NCBI RefSeq assembly: GCF_963921235.1
Contig: NC_086108.1
Coordinates: 85,500,001-85,564,000, forward strand
Source: Mobula hypostoma
Taxonomy: Eukaryota
DNA length: 64,000 nucleotides
Direction: 5' to 3'
Part shown: piece after piece, positions 1 through 11,659 of the stretch
Position numbering within the stretch: the first letter of the stretch is position 1
Layout of the letters: every line of letters begins with the position of its first letter
Notes under the pieces: generated by a model
Database searches by the model: none
What the model was told of the DNA's origin: nothing
Seen by the model: the letters and a program-made list of their open reading frames with translations, nothing else
Program-made: the position numbers and the translations under genes

Positions 1-750
1 TCAAATATCTTACTAAAATCCATATAGACCATATCAATTTGTTTTGTCACTTCTAAAAATCAAGCTTGTGAGGCACAACCTGCCCCTCATAAATTCATGC
101 TAACTATCTCCAAGCAGAATGTGCTTCTCCAAATTCTCATGAATCCTGTCTCCAAGAATCTTCTGCAGCAGTTTGCCCAGCACTGATGTAAGACTCTCTG
201 GTCTCAGAGCTATTCCTAGTGCCATTATTGAACAAAGACATAACATTTGCCATCCTCCAATCTTCTGGTACTACCCTAGTGAGGACACAAAGATCAATGC
301 CAATGGTGCGACAATCTTTTCCCTTATTTCCCATGGTAACCTGGGGTGTATCCCATGTGGCTCTGGGGATTTATCAATCCAAATGCTTTTCAAAAGTTAC
401 AGTACATCCTCTTTCTTAACCTTGACATGTTCCAGCACATCAGTTTGTTCTACACTGATTTCACATTTGTCTAGGTCCCGCTCACTGGTGAATACTGAAG
501 CAAAGTACTCATTAAGGACCTTTCCTACCACTTTCGACTCCAAGCATATATTTTCTCTTTTATCCCTAATCTCTCTCACCTCACTGCAGTCATCCTCTTG
601 TTCTACATGTATGTGCAAAATACCTTGGGATTTCCTTAATCCTACTCACCTAGGCTTCTCACGTCTCCTTCTAACCCTCCTAAATCTGTTTTTAAACTCC
701 TTTCTAACTTCCTTATAATTCTCAAGAGCCGTGTCTTTTCTTTGTATCCT
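1..750 (-). mobile_element. CR1-clade LINE ORF2 fragment (degraded)
   Basis: Minus-strand ORF pieces 'VLNEYFASVFTSE' (397-618) and 'VPEDWRMANVMSLF' (137-334) are CR1 ORF2 motifs just upstream of and inside the RT domain. Confidence 0.85.
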
Positions 751-774
751 AGATTTTAATTATGCTTCCTTAAG

Positions 775-1078
775 GGGCTGCCAGGTAGCATAGCAGTTAG
801 GGTAATACTTTACAGCACCAGCTGTAAGATTGGGATTGAATTCCTTCTGCTGTCTGTAGGAAGTTTGTATGCTTTCCATGCAACTGTGTAGGTTTCCTCT
901 GGGTGCTCTGGTTTCCTCCCACATTCCCAAGGTGTGTGAGTTAGGGCATGCAACGTAGGTGCTGAAATCATAGTGACACTGTGAGCTGCCTCCAGCACAT
1001 CTTGGACTGTGCTGGTTGTTGACGCAAACAATGCATTTCACTGAAGGTTTTGATGTATGTGTATAAATAAAGCTAATC
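775..1078 (+). mobile_element. tRNA-derived SINE with V-SINE-like core
   Basis: Head 'gtagcatagcagttag...gattgaattcc' (degenerate A/B boxes) and core 'ggtttcctctgggtgctctggtttcctcccacattcc'. Related copies at ~30860, ~43875 and ~55905. Confidence 0.7.
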
Positions 1079-2661
1079 CCTCCATTACAGTATTTTGGCG
1101 TGCATGATTCAAGTTACTCAATGTGTAGTATTGGTTAAGGAGTTATAGAAACTACTTAACCTAATTCTGAATTCTGATTCTATGAACATAGAAAGCAGGC
1201 TGATACCACCGAAATGCAAAACCCATTTCTCTAATTCTGAAGCACAATACTGCAACCCTGTTGCCCACTCCTAACCTTGCGTGGATCAATACACATTTAG
1301 TAGGTGCAAGGAATCTGATTCAATGCCACTTAAAGGAATCAGGAGCTGTTCAGCTGCTGCTTAATTTCTGTGGCTTTTGGTGTCATTCTACAACAAGCTG
1401 GTTCTTTCTAAATTTGACTCAAGTGATACGTAGTCATTGGCTACTATACTGCCGCTTCCCAGTCATGAGGACGTAGCCCTTGTGACCAGAATTACAGGTA
1501 TGGAGGAGTTGCTTCACACATCTGTACTCACTAAACTTAAAAGGATAGCCACCCACACAGTGCAGCAAGATAAATCCAAATCATAAAAGATTCAGTCAGC
1601 TTCAACTACATACCAAGCTATAAGGTACTAAAGATTTCATGGAATAGTCTTTTCGAATCAAAATTTAATTTTGTTTAATGACATTTCTCTTACATTATAT
1701 AGCCTACAAAAGGATCACAGGCATGTTTTGGCACAGGGGTAAGCCATCTGGCGCAATCAGGCCTGTGCTGAGTCTTCCAGTCTGTCCTATTCCTTCTTTC
1801 CTCAGATTGTTTTCCCTAAAGTGCCTTTTCAATTTCCTTTGGACTCTGTATTTACGACACCTACAGGCAGTGAATTCCATCTAGATCATAACCACTTGAT
1901 ATAAAGTAGTTTTCTATAGCATTTCTCTGCAGCCTATATCTTTACACACTTTTCAAGCAACGCTTGCTCCAAAAACAACTTCTCTAACCCCACAGCTGAA
2001 ATCCCTCCCCTCTGGATCCATTGTCCTCAGGTAATCTCTCTACGTCCTAAGCAGTGGTGTGAGAATTGCTGCATTTGTGGCTAAACCAGATCTTCCATCA
2101 ACATTGTCACTACTTATTTCTTTTATTACAAAACTGATATAGTCACTGGACCCAGGCTCTTTGCCCTAGTGAGTCATACCAGATACCTACACTAACCCTA
2201 GTTCCCATCGTTCACTGCATAGCTTCTATCTATGGCATTTCATGTACTCGTCTAAAATCCATCTACCAACCCCTCAGGCTGTGAGTTCAGATTTCAAACA
2301 CCCGCTGCATGAAAATGATCTTCCTCAAATCTCCTTTAAATATCCTACCTTTTAATCCTATTCTCTCTGCTCAAGGGAAAACTATCTACTCCATCTATGC
2401 CACTTATAATTTTGTGGACAATGTATCTCTAATTTTGCAAGTCACCCTTCAGTCTTTTCTGTTCGAAAGAGAACACAGCATGTCCAGTTCTTTTTGATGT
2501 ATACTATTAACCCATCACAGTTAATTGTATCGGATATTTCCAGTTCAAGGAGTTTTCCTATCCTATTATTATCACTGCTTTTAGATTAAGCTTGTATTGA
2601 CTTCCTTTAAAACATTGAAACTATTTTGTCTGTTTGTGTACAACATAAACAGTAAAATAAA

Positions 2662-2876
2662 TGTAGGGTAATGTAATGGGTGACAGATGACAGATATTGT
2701 TCATAATAGAAACTGTTCTACATAATTCACAAACACCATCATTGTTGTGTTTACTTTAAGAGACAGGGTCTGACGTAACAATGTCAGTGTAAGGCGACTG
2801 CCTTTGATTTGTAAAGGGCTGTGGATTTTGTTAAGCACATAAAATGACTCGCATGTTTTCTTCACAAAATCCTACA
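2662..2876 (+). repeat. 5' LTR of the Gypsy element
   Basis: Starts TGTAGG and ends CCTACA (terminal inverted repeat); aligns with 9803-10037. Confidence 0.9.
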
Positions 2877-2877
2877 C

Positions 2878-2886
2878 TGGTGACCC
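2878..2886 (+). promoter_or_regulatory. Primer-binding site complementary to the tRNA-Trp 3' end
   Basis: TGGTGACCC lies 1 nt after the LTR; tRNA-Trp ends ...GGGGUCACCA. tRNA-Trp priming is typical of CsRn1/Kabuki Gypsy elements. Confidence 0.8.
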
Positions 2887-5690
2887 TGGAGTTTTAGGAC
2901 CAGCATTCTGCTGGATGGTTTGCACAGGCAGAAACCCAGTTTGCTCAGCGAGAAATCACCGCGGACAATACCAAATTTTACTACGTTGAAGCATCACTAA
3001 GTAGTTCTGCTGCAGCTAGTCTTACTAGGAGACCTGCCTGCACATGATAAATATGTTCTCTGAAAACTCAACTATTCCAGAATTTTGGACTGAGTGAGTC
3101 TGAGCGCACCAAGCAGTCGCTCTCCTTGCCCAGCCCGGGTGATGCTGGGCTTTCATAACCAGTGGGCCACATACTATCTCTCCTGGGCAAGCAGAATCCT
3201 TGTTTTATTTTTAAAGAACTCTTTATGCAACAAATGCCTGTTCAAGTTCACACCACCCTCACTAATACACTGGTGAAGGACTATAGGGAGCTTGCTAAAA
3301 TGTCCGATAGTCTACACTCAGCCAGGCAGAAGTGATTTGTTCCTCATATTTTCCCTGTCTCAATAGGCCCTCTCAGCAGACTCAGGCCTGCAGCTCTGAA
3401 CCAGACAACGCTAGGTTATGTTTTTACCACATACAATTTGGCACATATGGTACCATGCAGCTTCAACAGTGCCAGTACATTGGGACATCCGAAGTCTCCG
3501 AACACCATGGGTTCCAGCTGCCATTGTTCATTACAGACACTCTTTCAGAGCAACACATCCTGTGTGACACATGTGCTGAAGTGAGTGTGCTGTCTGCATC
3601 ACCCGTTGATTATATGGCAGAGAGTGAAGGATCCTCACTAGGACATGGCACATGGTGCTCTGCTTCAGTAGGTGATGCTACACATGGGATTTGCTCTTAG
3701 CTAAAGCTGATAGACCTCTGCTCGGTGCAAATGTCCTATGTGCTAAGGAAATGTTAGTAGATCTTAAGAACTGCCGGCTTGTGGATACAAAGGACTTCAG
3801 ATCATTATCTTATACCCCCCCCCCGTAAATTCCCCAACATGACTCTCAAGAGCATGCACCACCACGTGAATTTGCTCACAAGCTGATATTGCTCACTTGC
3901 AAATTCCCAAACCTCACCAAGCCTACATTATCCATCACAGAAACAAAGCCTGGGGTCGAGCACTGTATTTCCATAACTGGCTCACTGGCTCGTGCCCATG
4001 GGCGTAGGTGCACTCAGAAGAACTGGCCAGTGTGAGGGCTGAGTTTGCTAACATGGAAATGCTTTGCTTTGTATGCAGGTTGAATAGCCCTTGGGCTTCA
4101 CCCGTCCAGGTGGCCCCTAAGCCCGATGATAGTTGTCATTACTGTGGCCTTAATGAGGCCATTACCTAGTCCCACATATTCAACACTTTTCAGCACGTTT
4201 AGCTGGAGAAGTAACTTACTCTAAAGTGGAATTAGTCATGAGCTACCATCAGGTGCCTGTGTGTGTTGAGGATGTTCCCAAAACCGCAGTTATAATCCTG
4301 TTCGGCCTATTTGAGTTTCTGCACATGCCCTTGGGCTGCAAAATGCAGCACACTTGCCAGTGACAAATGGACTCAGTGTTAAAGGACTTAGATTTTCTTT
4401 TTGCTTACCTATGACATACTTGTTGCCAGTGTATCCAAAACTGAACTCTTATCACATCTCCGCATATCTTTCAAGCGTTAAACCAACATGGGCTGATTAT
4501 TAATCCTGCTAACTGCCAGTTCCAGTTGTCTTCAATTGATTTTCTTGGTTACCACATCTCTGCAGAAGGTGTGATGTCCCCCTGCCATCCAAAGTTGCTG
4601 CTATCATTGTCTTTCCACTGCACTGCACAATCAAGGCACTGCAAGATGTTTTAGGTTGGGTGAATTTCTATCATAGTTTTATTCTGTCAGCTGCTAAACA
4701 GATAAATATGTGGCTGAGAAGCTGATGCACGGGGCAGGGCTTCAGGTCCTTGGATAATTGGGATCTCTTCTGGGGGAGGTATGACTTGTTCAAAAGTGAC
4801 GGGTTGCACCTGAACCGAGGGGGACGAATATTCTCACGGGCAGGTTTGTTAGAACTGTTGGGGAGGGTTTAAACTAATTTGGCAGGGGGTGGGAACCAGA
4901 GTGAAGGGACTCAGGAAAGGACGGATGGTAAAAAAGTAAAGATAGCATGCAGTCAGATTGTCAGGAAGGGCAGGCAGGTGATGGGACATAGTTGCAGCCA
5001 ACAGTCTGAGTATCAAATCATTAGGGATGCAGAATCAGAAAGAATAACAAATACAGTACTCAAGATGCTGTATCTAAATGTGTGTAGTACAAGAAATCTA
5101 GCGGATGATCTTGTTGTAATATTACAGATTGTCAGGTCTGATGTTGTGGCCATAAATGAATCGTGGCTGAAAGATGGCTGTAGTTGGGAACTGAATGTCC
5201 AAGGTTACAAGTTGTATTGGAGGGAAAGGAATGTAGGCAGAGGGATTGGTGTGGCTCTACTGGTAAGGAGTGGCATCAAATCAGTAGAAAGATGTGACAT
5301 AGGATCGGAAGATGTTGAATCCTTGTGGGTTGAGTTAAGAAACTGCAAGGGTAAAAGGACGTAGATGGCAGTTATATACAGGCCTCCCAACAGTGGTTGG
5401 GAGGTGGACCACAGATTACAACAGGAAATCGAAAAGTTGAGTTAAAAGGGCAATGTTATGGTAGTTGTGGGAGATTTTAACATGCAGGTCGATTGGGAAA
5501 ATCTGGTTGATAATGAATCTCAAGAGACTGAGTTTGCTGAATTCCCAAGAGATGGCTTTTTAGAGCAGTTTGTCATTGATCCTACTAGGGTATCAACTAT
5601 AATGGATTAGGTGTTATGTAATGAACTGGAGGTGATTAGGGAACTGAAGGTAAAAGAACCCTGAGGAACCAGTGATCACAATATGATTGT

Positions 5691-5801
5691 AGCAACACAC
5701 ATCAAAGTTGCTGGTGAACGCAGCAGGCCAGGCAGCATCTATAGGAAGAGGCGCAGTCGACGTTTCAGGCCGAGACCCTTCGTCAGGACTAACTGAAGGA
5801 A
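5691..5801 (-). mobile_element. 111-bp non-coding Penelope pLTR-derived insertion carrying a hammerhead motif
   Basis: Perfect 14-bp TSD cacaatatgattgt (5677-5690, 5802-5815); nearly identical to the terminal repeat of the GIY-YIG element at 10212-10864. Confidence 0.9.
5755..5790 (-). ncRNA. Minimal type-I hammerhead ribozyme motif (intact core)
   Basis: Minus strand reads AGUC-CUGACGA-AGG(GUCUCGG)CCU-GAAA-CG-UC-GACU: stem I AGUC/GACU, conserved CUGANGA and GAAA, GUC cleavage triplet, and a vestigial palindromic stem III as in Penelope minimal hammerheads. Confidence 0.8.
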
Positions 5802-8800
5802 CACAATATGATTGTGTTCAACTTGAAATTTGATAGGGAGAAAGTAAAGTCTGACATAGCAGTATTTCAGTGGAGTAAGGAAAAATTACAGTGGTATGAG
5901 AGAGGATTTGCCCAAAGTAAACTGGAAGGAGCTGCTGGCAGGGATGACAGCAGTGCAGCAATGGAGTGAATTTCTGGGAAAAATTGAAGAAGTACTCAAA
6001 TGGTAAAATAGTACAACTGTGGCTGACAAGGGAAGTCAACACTATTGTAAAAACAAAAGAAAGGGCATACAACGAAGCAGAAATAGTGGGAAGATAAAGA
6101 GAGCAACTAAAAAAACTATTAGAAGGGAAAAGATGAAATATGAAAGCAAGCTAGTAAATAATATTGATGTGGATAGCAAAAATTTTTTCATGTATGTTGA
6201 AAATAAAAGAGAAATGAGAGTGGATATAGGACCGCTAGAAAATGAGGCAGGAGAAATAATAATGGGGGCCAAGGAGATGGCCGATGAACTAAATGAGTAT
6301 TTTGTATCAGTCTTCACTGTGGAAGACACTAGCAGTATGCCTGATGTTGTAGTGTGTGAAGGAAGAGAAGTGGGTGCAGTTAATGTTATAAGAGAGAAGA
6401 TGCTCAAAAAGCTGAAAGACCTAAAGGTACATAAGTCACCTGGACCAGAGGAACTGCACCCTAGGGTTCTGAAAGAGGTAGCATTAGAGATTGTACTAGC
6501 ATTAGAAATGATCTTTCAACATCATTGGACTCTGCCATGGTGCCAGAGGACTGGAAATTTGCAAAAGTTACTTCACTCTTTAAGAAAGGAGGAAGGCAGC
6601 AGAAGGGAAATTATAGACCCATTAGTCTGACCTCAGTGATTGGGAAGATGTTAGAGTCAATTGTTAAGGATGAGGCTCTGGAGTACTTGCTGATACAGGA
6701 CAAGATAGTACAAAGTCAGCATAGTTTCCTTCAGGGAAAATCCTGCCTGACGAACCTGTTAGAATTCTTTGAAGAGATTACAAGTAGGATAGATAAAGGG
6801 GATGCAGTGTATATTGAATATTTGGATTTTCAGAAACCTTTGACAGTGTGCCACACATGAGGCTGCTTATCAAGTTAAGAGCCCAAGGTGTTACAGGAAA
6901 GTTACTAACCTGGTTAGAGCATTGGCTGATTGGTAGGAGGTGGCAAGTGGGATCCTTTTCTGGTTGGCTGCCAGTGACTGGTGGTGTTCCACAGGGGTTG
7001 GTGCTGACACCACTTCTTTTTATGCTGTACATAAATGACTTAGATGATGGAATAGATGGCTTTGTGCCAAGTTTGCAGATGATACAAAGATTGGTAGAGG
7101 AGCAGGTAGTGTTGAGGAAACAGGTAGGATGCAGAAGGACTTAGATTAGGAGAATTGGCAAGAAAGTGGCAAATGAAATACAATGTTGGAAAAAATGCAT
7201 GGTCATGCACTTTGGTAGTAGAAATAAATGTGTAGACTATTTTCTAAATGGGGAGAAGATCCAGGAATCTGAGATGCAGAGGGACTTGGGAGTGCTTGTG
7301 CAGAACACGCTGAAGGTTAACTTGCAGGTTGAGTCAGTGGTGAGGAAGGCAAATGCCATGTCAGCATTCATTTCAAGAGGTCTAGAATACAAGAGCAAGG
7401 ATGTGTTGCTGAGGCCTGGTGAGGACTCACCTTGAGTATTGTGAACAGTTTTGGGCCCCTCATCGTAGAAAAGATGTGCTGGCATTGGAGAGGATCCAGA
7501 GGAGGTTCACGGGGTTGATTCCAGGAATGAAAGGGTTATCATACGAGTATCATTTGATAGCTCTGGGTCTGTACTTGCTGGAATTCAGAAGGATGAAGGG
7601 GGATCCTATTGAAACCTTTTGAACGTTCACAGGCCTAGACAGAGTAGATGTAGAAAGGATGTTTCCCATGATGGGAGAGTCTAGGACAAGAGGGCACAGC
7701 CTCAGGATAGAGAGGCACCCTTTCAAAATAGAGATGCGGAGAAATGTCTTTAGCCAAAGGGCAGTGAATTTGTGGGATTTGTGGCTACATGCAGCTGCGG
7801 AGGCCAGATTGATGTGTATATTTAAGGCAGAGATTGATAGGTTCTTGATTGGACATGGCATCAAAGGTTACTTGGAGAAAGTCAGGAACTGGGGTTGAGG
7901 AGGAGATTAAAAAAAAGGATCATCCATGATTGAATGGCGGAGCAGACTCAATGGGCCTGATGGCCTAATCCCACTCCTATATCTTATGGCCCCCTTGTAG
8001 ATTGCCCTTAAAGGCAGTGCCCCTAACTGCAAGCTTGAGTTGTTAGTAGACATGACAGAAGTATTTGATGACCCCAAATAAGCTCCTTTAATTGCAACCC
8101 TACTGGTGTACCTGCTTCCCAATGCGCTTATAGCCATCATTATTAATGCCCCAGACAATGCTGTGCACAAACAGTTGGTTGGAGGCCCGCAGCAGCCCCT
8201 CGGCTCCTTCAGCCAGCAGCTTGACCCTTATCTCTGAGAGCAAGCGCAGCACGTTTGACTGTGACATTTTTGGTCTCTATTTGGCCATCTATCATTTTTG
8301 TTTTCTACTTGAGGGTTAGCATTTCGCAGCGCTCTTCGACACAAAACCCTCGTGCGCGTGATGGCCAAAACGTTCGATCCTAGGTCTGCATGGTGGCAAT
8401 GCCACCTGGCCTACATTTCAGAATTTATGACTGGCATAGAACACATTAAAGGGAAAAATGATGCTGTGGCTGGTTGCCTCTCATGGCTTGCTGTCGACAC
8501 CACACACATCAGGGTTGACTATGCCGGTATGGAAGTTAACCAAGCTATTGACCCAGAGGTCTAGGCTTACAGGACACCAGTCACGGGCCTGTGGTTGGCT
8601 GATGTCAAGTTCGGGGACACTGGAGTTTTTCTCCAGTGTGATGTCTTAATTGATTGTCCTAACCTCCATACTGCCTGCTTACTGTTTTTAATTCCATTCA
8701 CAGCCTCTCTCATCCAGGCAGGAAAACTTCACAGAAACTGATTGCTTTAAAGCTTGTGCGGCAATGGCCTAAGGAAGAATTTGAAAGACTGGAGCACAGC

Positions 8801-9790
8801 CTGTTTTGTGTGTTAGCAGGTGAAAATTAACCATCGTGTTCAGGCATCATCTGCATTTTCGAGGTTTCTGAGCAATGGTTTGACCACATCCTCTTCTTCT
8901 CTCCCGCAGTTTCATGCATCTCCTTACTATGGGGGACTGTACTACCAGATGGCTAGAGATTGCCCTGATACCGTTGATGACGGCTGCTGATGTGGCTCGG
9001 GCATTCATCAACACCTGGGGCGCTTGGTTCTACACCTCACCTAATAGTTCTTCCGACCGCGGTAACCAATTCACGTTAGACCATTGTGGCCAGGAACCTG
9101 AGTGTTAAATTGCATCACATCATGGCGTATCACCTGCAGTCCAATGGCCTGTGTGAGCGGTTTCACCGTTTCTCAGAGGCTGCTCTGAGGGCCTCCCTGA
9201 TGGATGAGTGGTGACATGGTCCTATCCCGCAGGTCCTGCTGGGGCTCAGAATGGCTCCAAAAGAGGACCTGCAGTCCTCCACGGCTGAACTGGTGCATGG
9301 GCAGCCACTACGGGAGCCAGGTAATTTTATTCCTGATGCCACAACCACCTGGTTGGAGTCTCAGCAGTGCTCCGCCCTCCTCAGTAAACTTAATTCTTTT
9401 ACACCTACTCCTACCTCCCATCATAGTGTACGTCACTCCTTGGTTCCAGTTGACACACATGCTACCTCATTCGTTTTGGTCTGCCATGATGCACATCAAC
9501 ACCCCCTTAAGCCCCCTTATGATAGCCCCCTCCGTCTTTTGGAACAGGGCATAAAGACTTTTATTGCAGATAAGAAGGCTAAACCTGAATGTATTTCTGT
9601 AGATCGCTTCAAACTGACCCACCAAGACCTGGCTGCTTCCACGACGGTACCCCCTGCATCACAACATGTCAGCACACCCCTGGATGAGCCAGAGGCACTG
9701 GCTGTTACTCCAACCAAGGCACAGACGACCTGAGCTGAACAGCTCGTATGAGCTCCAGACAGACTCGAGATGCTGCTTTTCGTGAATTCT

Positions 9791-9799
9791 GAGGGGGAC
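9791..9799 (+). promoter_or_regulatory. Polypurine tract of the Gypsy element
   Basis: 'gagggggac' a few bases before the 3' LTR. Confidence 0.7.
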
Positions 9800-9802
9800 T
9801 GG

Positions 9803-10037
9803 TATAAGGTAATGTAATGGGTGACAGATGACACGTATTGTTCAGAATAGAAACTGTTCTACATATTTCACAAACACTGTCACTGAGTTGTTGTGTTCAC
9901 TTTAAGAGATGGTGTCTGACATAATGACGCCAGTGTAAGGCAACTGCTGTTGGTGTGTTTGTAATGGAAGAAAAGGGCTGCGGCTTTTGTTAAGCACATA
10001 AAACAACTCTCGCATGTTTTATTTACATAATCCTACA
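9803..10037 (+). repeat. 3' LTR of the Gypsy element
   Basis: 'tataaggtaatgtaatgggtgacagatgac...tcctaca', homologous to the 5' LTR with substitutions and indels. Confidence 0.9.
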
Positions 10038-10211
10038 ATGGATTCATTTTTTAATGTGATCAGACAATAAAAGATTCAATTAGTTTCAGACATGTATCAA
10101 CCCTTAGAAGACCACAGAGTCTGATGAAATAGTCTTTCCTAATTCAAGGCCGAAATTTTGCACATGGAAACAAAGATTAATTGAACTCTGAAAACATCTC
10201 TCACAGAAGGA

Positions 10212-10864
10212 ACACACATCAAAGTTGCTGGTGAACGCAGCAGGCCAAGCAGCATCTATAGGAAGAGGTGCAGTCGACGTTTCAGGCCGAGACCCTTCGT
10301 CAGGACTAACAGAAGGAAGAGTGAGTAAGGGATTTGAAAGCTGGAGGGGGAGGGGGAGATGCAAAATGATAGGAGAAGACAGGAGGGGGAGGGATAGAGC
10401 CGAGAGCTGGACAGGTGATAGGCAGAAGGGGATACGAGAGGATCATGGGACAGGAGGTCCGGGAAGAAAGACGGGGGGGGGGGTGACCCAGAGGATGGGC
10501 AAGAGGTATATTCAGAGGGACAGAGGGAGAAAAAGGAGAGTGAGAGAAAGAATGTGTGCATAAAAAAGAGTAACAGATGGGGTACGAGGGGGAGGTGGGG
10601 CCTAGCGGAAGTTAGAGAAGTCAATGTTCATGCCATCAGGTTGGAGGCTACCCATACGGAATATAAGGTGTTGTTCCTCCAACCTGAGTGTGGCTTCATC
10701 TTTACAGTAGAGGAGGCCGTGGATAGACATGTCAGAATGGGAATGGGATGTGGAATTAAAATGTGTGGCCACTGGGAGATCCTGCTTTCTCTGGCGGACA
10801 GAGCGTAGATGTTCAGCAAAGCGGTCTCCCAGTCTGCGTCGGGTCTCACCAATATATAAAAGGC
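10212..10864 (-). mobile_element. 5'-truncated Penelope-like element (GIY-YIG endonuclease C-terminus plus pLTR), young
   Basis: ORF 10602-10916 'GLLYIGETRRRLGDRFAEHLRSV...PVATHFN...LEEQHLIFRMGSLQPDGMNIDF'; 10-bp TSD cacagaagga (10202-10211, 10865-10874); hammerhead motif in the 3' repeat. Confidence 0.92.
10272..10307 (-). ncRNA. Minimal type-I hammerhead ribozyme motif (intact core)
   Basis: Same 36 nt as 5755-5790: AGUC CUGACGA AGGGUCUCGGCCU GAAA CG UC GACU. Confidence 0.8.
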
Positions 10865-11659
10865 CACAGAAGGATGGGGGTTCTAACACATGCATATCTG
10901 CAAACATCTTGATCATTGACAGGAGAGATCGTGTGAGATATTCAGGAGTTGATCAGAAGACAATAAATTCAACGTTCTCAGCTCTGGTCAGCCAGCTATA
11001 GGAAAGATGTAATTGAATTCCATGGGGTACAGAAAAGAATGACATGGACTTCCCTGGAAGTGGAGAGCTTGGGTTATAAAGAGAGGCTGGATAGGCTGGT
11101 ATATTTTTCTTGAGTGAAGGCGACGGCTTTAATTGGAGTTGCTGCTATGTGACTGACTGATTAGTTATTTGCATTGATGAGCAGGTGTACAGGTGTACCT
11201 AGTAATGTGACCACTGAGTGAAAATTAAGGTGTCCATTGGTCCTGTCAGGCTCAGGTCTTTCCTTTTGTCCTAACCTTTACCAGGACCAGTCAGTTGCAT
11301 GAAAGTATCACACTCAAACTCAACTGAACTCCAAGTTCAACACAACTCCAAGTCACTACAATTTAAAACAATGATATATTTTGTGAGCGGTTAGTTGGGT
11401 TTATTTCCTTTTTAAAGAAGTAGTGTAATGGCACCTTTATGAACAGAGAGTGCGCTGTGGTTTGACTCCAGAGCTTAGTACAGTGGTGTAGTCACTGTCT
11501 CAATGCCCGAAACCTGGGCTCAATACTGACCTGATTTGCTCACCACGTGGGAGTGTGTAAATTCTCCCCGTTATCATGGATTCTCAGCTTTGTCTTAGAT
11601 CTCCAGATGTTAAGCTTGACTCTGGATCATTATTGCCGACAGCACCAGTTTAATTCAAT

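Larger units (their letters stand above)
4700..7989 (+). mobile_element. CR1 LINE: end of ORF1 esterase plus near-complete, frameshifted ORF2 (APE endonuclease + RT), inserted in Gypsy pol
   Basis: ORF1 'DGLHLN' and 'GEGLN*'; endonuclease 'LYLNVCSTRN', 'VVAINESWL', 'SDHNMI'; RT 'NYRPISLTSVIGKMLE', 'GVPQGLVL', 'LEYCEQFWAP'; 3' tail 'ctcctatatcttatgg'. Confidence 0.92.
2662..10037 (+). mobile_element. Gypsy/Ty3 LTR retrotransposon, CsRn1-like clade, full-length but decayed; pol interrupted by a CR1 (4700-7989)
   Basis: Two related LTRs (2662-2876, 9803-10037), PBS and PPT. gag 'WFAQAETQFAQREITADNTKFYYV' (~2916) and 'LCFYHIQFG'; protease 'ILCDTCAEVSVL'; RT 'SPWASPV' (~4086) and 'KTAVIILFGLFEFLHMP'; integrase 'TTRWLE..SDRGNQFT', 'AYHLQSNGLCERFHR' and GPY/F-like 'LKPPYDSP'. 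Many stops and frameshifts. Confidence 0.92.

Noticed and set aside
173..718. 181-aa plus-strand ORF
   Set aside because: Antisense shadow of a CR1 ORF2 fragment.
775..850. tRNA-like heads of the SINE copies
   Set aside because: Degenerate A/B boxes only and no cloverleaf; not tRNA genes.
10225..10624. Gly/Arg-rich and Pro/Ser-rich ORFs
   Set aside because: Translations of the purine/pyrimidine-biased Penelope 3'UTR.
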